Assembly: GCF_006345805.1 (NCBI RefSeq)
Contig: NC_043010.1
Location: 5,580,001-5,644,000 of the forward strand
Source of the DNA: Octopus sinensis
Taxonomy: Eukaryota
Reading direction: 5' to 3'
Length of the DNA stretch: 64,000 bases
In this document: positions 13,743 to 26,861 of the stretch, piece after piece
Layout of the letters: the number at the start of each line of letters is the position of its first letter
Numbering within the stretch: position 1 is the first letter of the stretch
Position numbers and translations under genes: made by a program
Notes under the pieces: model-generated
Told to the model about the DNA's origin: nothing
Database searches by the model: none
What the model saw: the letters and a program-made list of their open reading frames with translations, nothing else

Positions 13743-14042
13743 TAGAAAACACCTTTTATCAATTCAAAATGAATGATCAAATTACACCATCTAGAAAATT
13801 ACATATAATAGAAAAGTTAGAATTAAAATAACAATTAAAAAGTAAAGATTAAGTAAATTACAAAACTAATATAATGTATATAATAGGTATATTATTACAT
13901 TATATTAGTTTTGTAATTTACTTAATCTTTACTTTTTAATTGTTATTTTAAGTCTAAACTTTTCTATTATATGTAACTTTCTAGATGGTAATTTAGTTAT
14001 TCATTTTGAATTGATAAAAGGTATTTTTCTAATAATTTATAT
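13732..14042. repeat. AT-rich foldback, about 150-bp arms, 6-nt loop
   Basis: Arms 13732-13884 and 13891-14042, about 11 differences; tail 14050-14130 shared with 25921-26010. Confidence 0.9.
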
Positions 14043-14125
14043 TATAATTATATGTGTGGAATTTGATTTAGTATTTCTAAATTGAATTCTTTTTCTTTTA
14101 AGTTTGGATTTATTCCCTCAAATAA

Positions 14126-14168
<43 letters not shown>

Positions 14169-14265
14169 ATATACATATATATATATATTGTTGGTAAAAA
14201 TGGCAAGACAACAAAAGAAAGAAGAAACCTCAATATCATGTAAGAGAGGAATTTATCTGTGTAAT

Positions 14266-14457
14266 GTAATATGTGACAATTATTCGGTAGCCATGATAAA
14301 ACTCCGAGTTTCGGATGCCGAGGTGGAAATCCACGCCGCCATCGCTTCATAGCATTTTTCCAATAGCTGGATAACTGAAGAGATGGCAGCGGGATTTCCA
14401 CCTCAGCATCCGAAACTCGGAGTTTTATCATGGCTACCGATAATTGTCACATATTAC
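14266..14457. repeat. Foldback, about 83-bp arms, 26-nt spacer, containing a hammerhead
   Basis: Arms 14266-14349 and 14376-14457 differ by 3 substitutions and 2 indels; the left arm extends as unique sequence to about 14185. Confidence 0.95.
14364..14436 (+). ncRNA. Type I hammerhead ribozyme candidate
   Basis: Stem I TAGC-TG-GATAA / TTATC-ATG-GCTA; core CTGAAGA (14375-14381); stem II GATG...CATC; GAAA (14412-14415); stem III ACT/AGT; triplet GUU with predicted cut after 14424. Confidence 0.7.
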
Positions 14458-14488
14458 AGTTACAGATGCATATATATATATATATATC

Positions 14489-14640
14489 CTCTTTTAATCT
14501 TTTACTTGTTTCAGTTTACTTTGCCAAACTGCTAAGTTACGGGGATGTAAACACACCAGCACCAGTTGTCAAGTAATGTTGGTGGGGACAAACATAGACA
14601 CATAAACACACATACAGACATATATATACATATACATATG
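14489..14640 (-). mobile_element. SINE family A, 3' part
   Basis: cttttacttgtttcag...aagttacggggatgtaaacacaccagc matches the family A tail. Confidence 0.8.
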
Positions 14641-14704
14641 TATATATAAATGTGTGTCCAAGTCTCACAAGTGTAGAGGAGAGTTGACAGGACAATGGCA
14701 CAAC

Positions 14705-15717
14705 AGGAAGCAAAGTCTGGACAGTAGGAATGGTGAAGGACAGTTTTGACACTTAGCCTCTGTCAAGTAGCTGGGCACCAAGATGTGATTGTGGATTGAT
14801 ACATTGCTTAGGTACAGGTGCCACTGACATGAATGGAAAGATATCTGACCTTCCTGAATGACCTCAGAACCTCCACAAAGTACTCCTTGTTGACTGTCTG
14901 GCCAGAGGGAACCCACTGGATGTAGATAACACTCTTTCTATTGAAAAAGGGGATCATCTTGAGCTTCCCAATAGTTTTGCCCTGTCTTGCCTTCTTGGGG
15001 CTGGAGAAACCAAGATGATTCCATTGGGTACTCTGTCTCTTGGTCGCTGGATCATAACAGCATATTCAACTTTTGTCACAGGCCACCAGAGACTCGAGTA
15101 CTCTTGGATTGGGAGTAATGAGCTCAACTGTCCCCCTGCTGTGTTTTTGCTTCTGTTTGCCCCTGATCACCCTAGGAACAAACTTAAGAAAAAATTTTGC
15201 ACATGTTCAGACCTTCATGAATGATTCTGTGTTAAGTTGCCCCGCCGACTCCAAACTGAAAGATTTTTGTCTTTATAGACCTATGATGATCTTCATTCAG
15301 AAAATCAAGAATTTTCTCACCAGCTCCAATGTTCTGATGTCCCTCTCCCTCCCACAGCTTTCATCATCTCTCATTTTTTCTCTACTGCCCTTAAACCCTT
15401 GTGCTGCCGAAAACAAATGCTCAGCCTATACAAATTAATTCATAAACAAGCCAGAGCATTTCACAAGTTTCATTAGCAGATTTTCTCAATTTAACACAAT
15501 GCTTAATTGCATGGTGAGCTTCCAAAGTTTCTCCATGTCCTGACTGCATTCTGCAAACCAGTCAGCTGTGACAAGCAATATGCAGTAGGGTGTGTTCAAA
15601 GTGTTGTTACAGTTAACTCCGTGTGACTGGTGAGCTTGTTACAGATATAATAACAAATACTAAAATTACATAAACTACCTCTCCTAAAAAGCCTCAAAAC
15701 TTCTGGAATGCACTTCA
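14705..15717 (-). pseudogene. Mariner (DD34D-type) transposon, decayed transposase
   Basis: Minus translation with frameshifts: MQSGHGETLEAHHAIK (ATG 15549)...CYDPATKRQSTQWNH...SPKKARQ...WVPSGQTVNKEYFVEVLR...SYCPDFASC; one TIR (aaacttctggaatgcacttca) followed by TA at 15718. Confidence 0.88.
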
Positions 15718-15779
15718 TATATATGTGTGTGTGTATGTATATATAAATATATATGTGTATATATTTATCTATATATATG

Positions 15780-15869
<90 letters not shown>

Positions 15870-15883
15870 CATGTATGTATGTA

Positions 15884-15914
<31 letters not shown>

Positions 15915-16030
15915 ATATGTGTGTGTGTGTATATGCATATATCTATATCTATATATATTTATAAACATTTATATATGTGTATATATATATATGTATATAT
16001 ATGTGTGTGTGTATGTATATATATGTAAAC

Positions 16031-16081
<51 letters not shown>

Positions 16082-16485
16082 AATATTTATGTGTGTGTAT
16101 ATATATATAATATTTATGTATATATATATATATAATATATATACATATATCTGTGTATATATATATATAATGTCAGTCTGAAAAGTTCAATCCTAGTATT
16201 TCAAAAAGTAGGAGAGTGTCCTCTTATGACACATTACATATTTCTTAATCAAATCATTAAGAGAGTAATTTTCTAAATTATTCTAAATCTAACAATATGG
16301 GATGAGATCTGTCAATAGTTTGAAAGCAAAAAAAAAAAAATGAAATAACTCTTCTGCAAAAAGAAAGAATAAAAAAATAAAAGGAATAAGATAGACAGAG
16401 AAAAAAAACAATGGAAAAGAAAGCATAAAACAAATAAAAAATTTGGAAAATATGTAGAAAACATACAAGTAACCTCTTTCTCTCG

Positions 16486-16538
<53 letters not shown>

Positions 16539-16890
16539 TTCTTGTTCCCCACTAGTTTCCCTCTCTTCAGTTCATTCACTCTTTCCACTTCCCTTTCGCT
16601 CTTTGATTTTCTCCTTCCCCTCTCTCACTCCAGTTCCTTCTCGCTGTCTTCTTTTTCTCTCTCTACAATTACAGGAATCAAATAATTTATTGAACTGGAA
16701 ACACAAATTTTAATCTTAACCTTTTGTTTTTTGTTTTTTGTTGGTTGTTTTTTTTTTGCAAAAAAAGAAAACCCAAAGTTCCATGAAGCAGGTGTTTTCT
16801 GCTTAGAGCTTCAAATTTATCGATACTTTGTCAGTGGAATTTGATGGATGGAAACTCTCCAAAAACTTGTTCTATATATATATATAGATA

Positions 16891-17316
16891 AGTGCAGGTG
16901 TGGCTCTGTAGAAAGACGTTTGCTTTCTAAGCACACGGGTCCAGTTTGAGGCCCACCTGCATGGCACTTTGGGCAAGTGCTTTCAACCCCAGACTGACCA
17001 AAGCCCTGTGAGAGGATTTGGTAGACAGAGAATAAATGACGCCTGTCCTATCCTTATATTTGTATATATGTGTGCGAGTGTGTGTGTGGGTTGGGGGTGG
17101 GGTCTGTGTTTCTATCTGTGTTTGTGTTTGTACCCAACCACTGCTTGACAAATGGTGTTTATGTCCCCATAACTTAGCAGTTAAGCTAAAAGAGATTGAT
17201 ACAAGTAACATGCTTAAAACGTAAACATTGCAGTCGAATTTTTGACTAAACATCTCAAGGTGGTGCCCTGGTATGGCTGCAGTCTAATGAATGAAACCAG
17301 TAAAAGAGTATAAAAG
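16891..17316 (+). mobile_element. SINE family A, diverged
   Basis: Head, central and tail segments align to the family consensus with many substitutions. Confidence 0.75.
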
Positions 17317-17873
17317 GAAGAGGGCCTACGTGCACATCACAGTGTCTGCATTTATGGTTATGCTGGTTATTAAATCTTGTGTTGTCTATTCTGTGTTCTG
17401 TTGCTATGTTTCAATGCAAGGCCTACAATATATGCTGGCACTCTGTCAATTGTGACAACAAAGGTTAATCAGATTTGATTAACAAATTTGATCAACAGAA
17501 CACCATACTTGTAAAGTTAACAGGCATGTGGCTGAACACTCCACAGACATGCATACCCTTAATGAAGTTCTCTGGGAGATTCTGTGTGATCCAGAATGTG
17601 ACATGGCCAGCCCTTTCAATTACAGGTACCACTAAGTTTTGTCAGCTGAATGGACTGGAGCAATGTGAAATAAAGTGTCTTGCTCAAAGACAAAATGCAT
17701 CGTCAGGAATCGAACTCACACGCTTATAATCCGGAGCCAATTACCCAACATAGTTCAAACTACTCAAATTAATGTGTGAAAGACAAAATTGAATTTTGAA
17801 AGAAATATCTATAAAACTACACATATATCTATACATCAAATGGCTATGGGGGGGGGTCAACCAAAGTGAAGTA

Positions 17874-18073
17874 GGCGTAGGAGTGGCTGTGTGGTATGTA
17901 GCTTGCTTATGAACCACATGGTTCCATGTTCAGTCCCACTGCATGGCACCTTGGGCAAGTGTCTTCTACTATAGCCTCGGGCCGACCAAAGCCTTGTGAG
18001 TGGATTTGGTAGACAGAAACTGAAAGAAGCCCATCATATATATGTATATATATATGTGTGTGTGTGTGTGTGT

Positions 18074-18136
<63 letters not shown>

Positions 18137-18350
18137 TTGTGTGTCTGTGTTTGTCCCCCCAACATCACTTGACAGCCGATGCTGATGTGTTTACATCCCC
18201 GTAACTTAGCAGTTTGGCAAAAGATACCAATAGAATAAGTACTAGGCTTACAAAGAATAAGTCCTGGGGTCGATTTCCTCAACTAAAGGCGGTGCTCCAG
18301 CATGGCTGCAGTCAAATGACTGAAACAAGTAAAAGAGTAAAAGAAAGAGT
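17874..18350 (+). mobile_element. SINE family A, full length
   Basis: Near-identical to 2463-2889; internal (TG)n; appears inserted in a hAT-like MITE end (ggttgagaaccact at 18383-18396). Confidence 0.92.
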
Positions 18351-19430
18351 AGTAATGAACGGGATCCACAGGCAAAAAAAAAGGTTGAGAACCACTCAAA
18401 AGTGTAAGGTCATTTTAGCTGCTGCAAAATTTGTTGATAAAAATCAGCTGGTGAAGAATATATTCATTGAAAATCCATTAATGCCAAACCACTCACAAAC
18501 AATTCCTAATTCCTTAAAAAAAAAAAATCATTAGTGTCAAGCTTCTCAAAAAACTACTCAGGCATTCAGCAAAACCTTCCAATTCCTTTGGAATTAAGAG
18601 AATAAAATAATATATCCAAGACCAATTTATTTGTCAGTGTGTAAGTAACTCTTGCAGACACCATTCTGGTCCTTAGTAGAGTTTATTCTGTTGATATTTA
18701 TTATGCCAGGCATCAGCTGCTGCAAATCTCATATGTATGGGAGACTTGTTTAGTTCAGGAATACTGTTTTTCTCCTCTGCTGGTTTAACTTTTATATATA
18801 TAAAAAAAATGACTATTCACACAGGCTAAACACTTACACCCATATATTGTCACATGCTATAAAAAGTGAAGTAAATAAAACCTTGCTAGTTACTACTGTT
18901 ACAGTCAGTACTTAAGAGACAGCCAATCAAGTCAGTTCATGTCAGCTAGTTTGTTTGTCAGTTGAGCTATCTATCATCCCTTACAAACAAGCTAGCTAGT
19001 AGCTACACTGCCTCCAGTCAGTTATCCAAAACTCAGCACAGGCCCTGGGATTAACTATTAGGAAAGTGGGACACTTCAGAATCTTTTGCGGTGCCAGATT
19101 TACCATGGTACAAATGGTTAATTAGGACAATTTTATTTTTAGAAAAATTAATTTAAAAAAAGCAGCTAATATGTGTGTGTGTGTGTGTGTGGTGTGTGTG
19201 TGTGTGTGTGTGTGTATTTGTTTAATTCGTTGGACCATGGCCATGCTGGGCAGCACAAACCAATTCCAGGATTTATTTCTTCTTTTAAGTCTAGTATTCA
19301 GTTTATCATCCCTTCTAGCAAAGTACTAAGTTACAGGGATGAAAACAAACCAATACCAGTTTTCAAGAAGTGTAGAAGGATAAACACTAACATAAAGAAA
19401 CATGCATAAATATACATATATATACATACT

Positions 19431-19461
<31 letters not shown>

Positions 19462-19491
19462 TATATATGAGTTTATATATATACATATATA

Positions 19492-20720
19492 CAGGTGTCC
19501 TGAAATTAGGGCAGCCAAAGATCTGGGCTTAATAACTATCAATAAATGTGATATGAAAATTATACATCATCATAAAAGCTTATTGTGCCTTCTTTTTTTG
19601 TTTCAGACTAAATAAATTCAGATTTATAAATTAGGTAATGGCTATAGACTGAAGTACAATCATAACCCTTCACAAAGAAGGTGGAAGTAATACAGCTATA
19701 GCAAAAAAAGCTTAAAACTAACTGAACAACAGTCGGGAAAATTGTCGAGAAATTTCAAGAGACTTTTTCCAATGCTGACTGACTTGGACGTGGCCGAAAA
19801 AGAAATGTGCAGACCCCTCAGCTTATCAAAAGTATCAGAGAAAAGATAGTGAAATCTTCATTGTTCCATCAGAAAACTGGCTGCCACAGCAAAAGTAAGC
19901 TGAACATCGATATATCAAGTGCTGAAGGAGGACCCACTGTTGTGAGCTCATGCAAGTTTATAAGGCCATGAGGTTGGAGAGAAGTTATCTTAACATGCAT
20001 CAGATTGCATCAAACAGACAGTAAACCACTAGAATGACCAATTTTAGAGTGTTTCTGGCTTTGTTGAGAGTAGACTCATAAATGGATATCAAAATCCACA
20101 GTCAGTTATGGTTTGGGTGGCTATAACAGCAACTGGAAAGTCTCATCTCGTTTTTGTGCCCTCAGATGTTAAAGTCAACACCCAGCAATACATTAATGAC
20201 ATTCTGGAAGTTGAACTGCTTCCATGGGTGAATGAGCACTTACAAGATGCAATTTGGAGCTTTCAACAGGACTTGGCATCCCACAGCTCCAGAAAGACAC
20301 AACACTGGATTCAGAAAAACTGTACTTTGTTCATAGGCAAGGATGTATAGCCCTTAAGAAGCCCCAATCTCAATCCACTGGATTTTTTTGCTTGGTCCAT
20401 TTTGGAGACAAGGGTCAGTCTTGAGCACTCCTCATGCTTTACTCAGTACTCTGAAGGCAAAACTGCATCAGGAATGGGCTTTGATTCTGCATTGGGAATG
20501 GGCTTCAATTTCACAAGAACAGTTGCATGCTGCATGTGAAGCACTCACACCGAGACTTAAGGTTGTGATTTTAAACAGAGGTGGTCATATCGAATAAATG
20601 TGGTAGTGTCATAATTGTGTTTCCTTTACCATTGCATCGCAATACACAGACCCGAAATATAACAATATTTTGCTTTGGCAAAATTGAAAAATTCGGTCAT
20701 CTTAATTCTGGGACACCCTG
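19492..20720 (+). pseudogene. Tc1/mariner maT (DD37D-type) transposon, decayed
   Basis: TA flanks; degenerate TIRs CAGG(G)TGTCC; translation SVMVWVAITATGKSHLVFVP...WSFQQDLASH...DV*PLRSPNLNPLDFFAWSILE; 36 residues between the 2nd and 3rd D here, with one codon apparently deleted. Confidence 0.88.
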
Positions 20721-21340
20721 TACATATGACATATAAAGGTAATATTCAAGGATCAAGGTGTAGGAAGTTAGTAAATTCTGAGCACTCTGTAGAAGATATA
20801 AACAACAAACACCTTGAAGGAAAAATAATGGTTTAATTACATAGAAGGTTATAAATTTTTCCCGTATAGAAGTTTGATAAGCTGAAAGAAGTTGTTTTAT
20901 AGTTCAGTTTGCATCTGGGGTGGCTGTGTATGTGCAATAAAAATCTGAAATTAGGGAATGGAGTAGATAAATCCATATACTCCATGTATTATTTCTTCAC
21001 AAATATGTTTTCCCTTTTGTTCTCTCACTCTGTGCTTTCTATGCATTTTCAATCAAATCTCCTGCAAGTTAACATGGGATCCCTTGATGAAAATGTAACT
21101 CTTATTTGAATAAGGCATCTTTGGCCCAACAAGTAGCTAGCAGATTACCTTTCATTTGGGTAATTACGACTTCTAGGGTTCTGCTAACTATGAAACATAT
21201 GTAGCCTGGATTTTATCTACTCCATTCCCAAAGTTAGTTCCTGAGTGCCACTAGAGCTGGATTTAGGCATAAGTTAAACAAGCTACAGACCTAAGGACTG
21301 AAAATCCAAAGTAGCCTCAAAACAGTAAAAAAAGGTATAC

Positions 21341-21568
21341 CTTTACCTTTTACCTTTTACTTGTTTCAGTCATTTGACTGCGGCCATGCTGGAGCACCGC
21401 CTTTAGTCGAGCAAATCGACCGCAGGACTTATTCTTTGTAAGCCCAGTACTTATTCTATCGGTCTCTTTTGCCGAACTGCTAAGTGACGGGGACGTAAAC
21501 ACACCAGCATCGGTTGTCAAGTAATGCTAGGGGGACAAACACAGACACTTAAACACACACACACATAT

Positions 21569-21599
<31 letters not shown>

Positions 21600-21759
21600 C
21601 GACAGGCTTCTTTCAGTTTCCGTCTACCAAATCCACTCACAAGGCATTGGTCGGCCTGGGGCTATAGCAGAAGACACTTGCCCAAGATGCCACGCAATGG
21701 GACTGAACCCGGAACTATGTGGTTGGTTAGCAAGCTACTTACCACACAGCCACTCCTAT
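21341..21759 (-). mobile_element. SINE family A, full length
   Basis: Reverse complement of the family consensus, head at 21759. Confidence 0.92.
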
Positions 21760-22624
21760 ATTTTTGTAAAACTTTCTGCTGTAATTTTTTTTTAATCAAT
21801 GGGCCTCCAAGCTTAACATTGCCCAAGGTTCCACCACATCTCAATCTGACACCAATTGGTGCTTGTTTGAGCAGATCTGAAAAGATGAAAAATTCTCATA
21901 ATATTAGTTTCAAATTTTGGCACAAAGCCAGCAGTTTTAGTGGGAATGGATACATTAACTGCATCAACCCCAGGGCTCAACTGGTAATTATTTATGGTGA
22001 GCTCAAAATGATGGAAGGCAAAATTATCCTTGGTAGAATTTGAATTCAGCATCTACAGAGACAGAAGATATGCTGCTAACTTTGTCTGACATGATCTCAA
22101 ATTTGCCAAAAAACAATTTTCACCTCAACACAAAAGCATCCTGATCCAACCACTTGCACTGTGAACACAGAATGTCATGCACATTTACAGCATTTTGGCA
22201 CACCCATTTGCAGAGGTGGCTTGTTTATCACAAAAACCAACATTGAACAAATTTACTTCAGAAACAAGCAACACTTTGTTATATTTTTATCACTAACAAC
22301 GACAACACTTCCATTAATCACTTGACAAACACCAACCTGTATATTTTATTTTCACACAAATACAAATCTTACTAAATCACATATTCATTCTCAGTTACAT
22401 GAGAAAACTTAAAATTCATCTACATGTTCACTATATATATCAATCATTTCATGACCATCTAGTTAAATCAACTCCTGGAGTGCCAAAACTAACATTTCCC
22501 AACCACTTGCATGTTCATGAAAGATTGCTTCGGTTTCTTGGAAAAATAATGAGAAATAGTGGTAATTATATTCAGGTGAATTTTTTAATCCATTTTTTAG
22601 CCATCATCATTGTCGTCGTTGTAG

Positions 22625-22665
<41 letters not shown>

Positions 22666-23015
22666 GTGATCATCATCATTATCATCATCCTCGTTTTAAT
22701 GTCCACTTTTCCATATTAGCCTGAACTGAACAAAATATTTTGAGGTAGATTTTCTATGGCAAGATCTCTTTCTGGTCACCAACCCTCACCTGTTCCCAAG
22801 GAAAGTAATGTTTCCCCATGGTCACAGAAGCTTAGAAGGGAAGGATGCCGCTTGCATGATGTGACACACATTTACAACAACGTGATGTCAAGGCAAGGAA
22901 ATAGTAACACACACACACACACACCTATACACCCACCCACCCACACACACCTATACAAACATACACACACCTATACACACACACACACACACATATATAT
23001 ATGTATGTGTATGTT

Positions 23016-23051
<36 letters not shown>

Positions 23052-23070
23052 TACACACACACACATATAT

Positions 23071-23237
23071 ATACGACGGGCTTCTTTCAGTTTCCATCTA
23101 CCAAATCCACTTGCAAGGCTTTGGCCGGCCCAAGGCTATAGTAGAAGACACTTACCCAAAGTGCCACGCAGTGGGACTGAACCCAGAACCATGTGGTTGG
23201 TAAGCAAGCTACTTACCACATAGCCTCTCCTGCACCT
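23071..23237 (-). mobile_element. SINE family A, 5' half
   Basis: cgacgggcttctttcagtttcc...agctacttaccaca. Confidence 0.85.
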
Positions 23238-23596
23238 ACTCTTGAAGTTTAGTTTATTTCCCATTACACATTACAGTTTCCTATTCATACACCTGTGAGT
23301 TATAAAAGCGAAGTACAGTTTCATTACAGTTGAAATCCTAATCTGAGATAGTCATCAAATAAGTTCCAGTCAGCCAGTTTATCAGTTCATCCTCCATAGT
23401 TAACTATGGTTAATCACCCAATCGTGACACTTTTACACGCCAACTGACAAACCATCCAACCAGCCAACCACCTGAATAACCAGCCAACAGATGGCCAATA
23501 CTGAGGTCAACTAATAACTTGTTACCTTGGCTATTCGTGTTATTCAGCTTCCTGAGTTTCACTTATCTGAACTAACATCATTCATACACTTACAAT

Positions 23597-23748
23597 CTTG
23601 CTTACCAACCACATAGTTCCGGGTTCAGTCCCACTGCGTGGCACCTTGGGCAAGTGTCTTCTACTATAGCCTCGGGCCTTCCAAAGTCTTGTGAGTGGAT
23701 TTGGTAGGTGGAAACTGAAAGAAGCCCGTCATATATATGTATATATAT

Positions 23749-23794
<46 letters not shown>

Positions 23795-24003
23795 TTGTGT
23801 GTCTGTGTTTGTCACCCCAACATCGCTTGACAACCAATGCTGGTGTGTTTGTGTCCCCGTAACTTCGTAGTTCGGCAAAAGAGACCGATAGAATAAGTAC
23901 TAGGCTTACAAAGAATAAGTCCTGGGGTCGATTTGCTTGACTAAAGGTGGTGCTCCAGCATGGTTGCAGTCAAATGACTGAAACAAGTAAAAGAGTAAAG
24001 AGT
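23597..24003 (+). mobile_element. SINE family A, slightly 5'-truncated
   Basis: Family consensus from cttgcttaccaacc to the gtaaaagag tail. Confidence 0.9.
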
Positions 24004-24074
24004 ATATCCACAATTCAATTTAATAAAGTTTGTGTTTTGCTATGACTTTAATCTTGTTAATATTTTCTATTTCT

Positions 24075-24292
24075 AAGGCAGTGAGCTGGCAGAATCATAA
24101 CTGCACTGGTCAAAATACATAGCAGCATTTTGTTTGTCTTGCCGTTCTGAGTTCAAATTTCTCTGAGGTCAGCTGTGCTTTTCATCCTTTCAGGGTCGAT
24201 AGAATAGGAACCAATTGAGCAATGGGGTTGATGTAATTGACTTACCTCATCCCCTGAAATTTCTGGCCTTGTGCTAAATCTTGAAATCAATA
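24075..24292 (+). mobile_element. SINE family C, diverged
   Basis: aggcagtgagctggcagaatc...gttctgagttcaaat...ctttcatcctttcagggtcgat. Confidence 0.75.
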
Positions 24293-24922
24293 TTTTCCAA
24301 TTTCTCAGCAAAATAACTTTCTTATTTCATTTTTAAATTATGTAGTAGCATAAAAATATTGGAGAGAAAAAAGTAGTTGGAAATTTTCTTGATTTACAAA
24401 AGTTCAATATTCCTTTCAAGATTGGCAAATCTTTTAGGGTATTGGGGCAAAATAATTTGTATTATTTAGTTTTAGACATAAACTCTCAGAGTCCAAATCT
24501 GCTGAAGTTAATTTTTGACTTTCATCTTTTCAGTGTTGATAAAATCAATGCAGTATCAGACAAGTACTAAGATCAATTTAATCAATTATATTCCTTCCTC
24601 AAATTCAAGACCTTGTGGTATTCGTTTTTACATCAAATTTTTTGGTGAAGCTGTTTTACTGAATCAGTATCTGGCCAACTCTGTAAGTATATCATGAATA
24701 AAAGCATTGGTAAACCATGTAGTTTTCATTGACAAACCAATCATAAAAAAACGGAACTTCCTATTTCTTACAAAGTTAAACTAGAATAAAACTCTTGCAT
24801 TTTTTCTTCTAATAAAATCTTCATAATAAAATATAGCTATCTGCCATACATATTTGTTGGTTTAATATGTATGTAAAATATACAGTTTCTTTTAGTTTAA
24901 ATATATCATTTACATATAAATT

Positions 24923-24964
<42 letters not shown>

Positions 24965-25774
24965 CATGCACATGCATACACATATATATGACATGTAAAA
25001 TCTTCATGTAAGTTAACATATATGTGAACATACAATTTACATTTAAGCTAATGTGTTTGTGAAATATATAAGTGCAAATATTTGCAAGCAAGTTAACAAA
25101 TATATGAAATATACCATTTACATATAAGTTAATGTATTTGTGAAATATATAATTCACATGAAAGAGTGAATACGTTCGAAAATATTTATGCGATATCTCC
25201 TACAGGACTCAATTTAATATTTACATAACATATATAATATTAATGGTAATATTCTTTATTTCCTGAATTTAATAGTATTTTCAAAGTTTTAGTTTATATA
25301 TGAAGCTAACATGTATATTAGTTTGGATGGTACATGGATACAAAGAGAGCTGTAGACAGATAAACTTAATTGAGCATTTGTATCTTCAGAAATTATCATA
25401 GCATGATATTTAAATACCTATACATATTCTTGTCTCACCAATAAGTCTATTCTTATAAACAACTGAAGATTTTGGAACAAAGATTTTTCTCAACAGATAC
25501 AGACATGACTGTGCGGATAAGAAACTCATTTTGCAACTTAATGGTCACTCATTCGGTATTATTACCTGCAATCTTGGGCAAGTGTCTTCAGTTATAACCC
25601 TGGGTCAACCAATGTTTTTTCCCCCTTTTTGAGACAGAAACTGTGTAGATGCCCATTATATATGTGCATGCATTGCATGTATGTATGTATATGATGATGT
25701 TCATCATCATCGTTTAACATCCGCTTTCCATGCTGGCATGGGTCAGACTTATATATATATATATATATATATAT

Positions 25775-25864
25775 AAATTAGAAAAAAACACCTTTTATCA
25801 ATTCAAGATCAACAATTAAATTAAATTCATTTTGAATTGATAAAAGGCGTTTTTTTTCTAATTT
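25775..25864. repeat. Short foldback, same family as 13732-14042
   Basis: About 32-bp arms (25775-25806, 25832-25864) with a 25-nt spacer; shares ttagaaaa-caccttttatcaattcaa and the downstream tail. Confidence 0.8.
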
Positions 25865-26383
25865 TTGTATATATATTATCCTCATCATCGTTTAACGTCC
25901 GCTTTCCTTGCCGGCATGGGTTATATTTTGTGAAATTTGATTTAGTATTTCTAAATTGAATTTTTCCCTGTAAGTTAGGAATAATATTCCCTCAAATTAT
26001 TATATATATATACATATACATATACAAATGCTGAGTCAAATCTTTTGGTGGTGGTGGTGGTGGTGGTGGTGGTGGTGGTAGTATATGTCCTATGAATGTA
26101 TATCTTTGTGTCTGAGTTTGTCACCCCAGCGCTTATCAACTTAACAACTGGTGAACTGGTGTTCGTTTGTTTATGTCCTCATAATTTAGCAGTTCAGCAA
26201 AAGTAACCAATAGACTAATTACCAAACTTAAAAGCAAAAACAACAGAAGTACTGGGGGCAATTTTTTGGACTAAAAAAATCTCTCATGGTGCTGTCTTAG
26301 AAAATCCACAGCCCAATAATTAAAACAAGTAAAAGATAGAAAGTTGAGTTCATTTTTTCTACTCCTTTTCCAAGTTTATATAT

Positions 26384-26458
<75 letters not shown>

Positions 26459-26861
26459 CTCTCTCACGCACACACACATGCATTTATGTATATGTGTATG
26501 TGAGAATGTGCATGAATGTAATGATTGGCATACCATGGCTATACTTGCCAGCAACAGTGATATGATGTTTACATTTCCTGTTGACTTTATGACTGATTGC
26601 TCTGTGATTTCAAAGACTTGTGGACTAAAAGACATTTCCCTTGAAAAACAAATAAAGGTTGGCAACAGAAAGAGCATCCAGTCATAAAATCCTGCCTCAA
26701 GTAATTCCCAACTCAACCAATGCTAGCAGAGTAAAATGGATGTTGACAAATGACCAGAGCTAACATAGCTCTTTTATAGAATCTGTATCTAGCTTCTAGT
26801 ATTAATAAGTTCTTTTTTTTTCTGAGATAATTGACAATTTTTTCAGTATTATAGAATGTTT

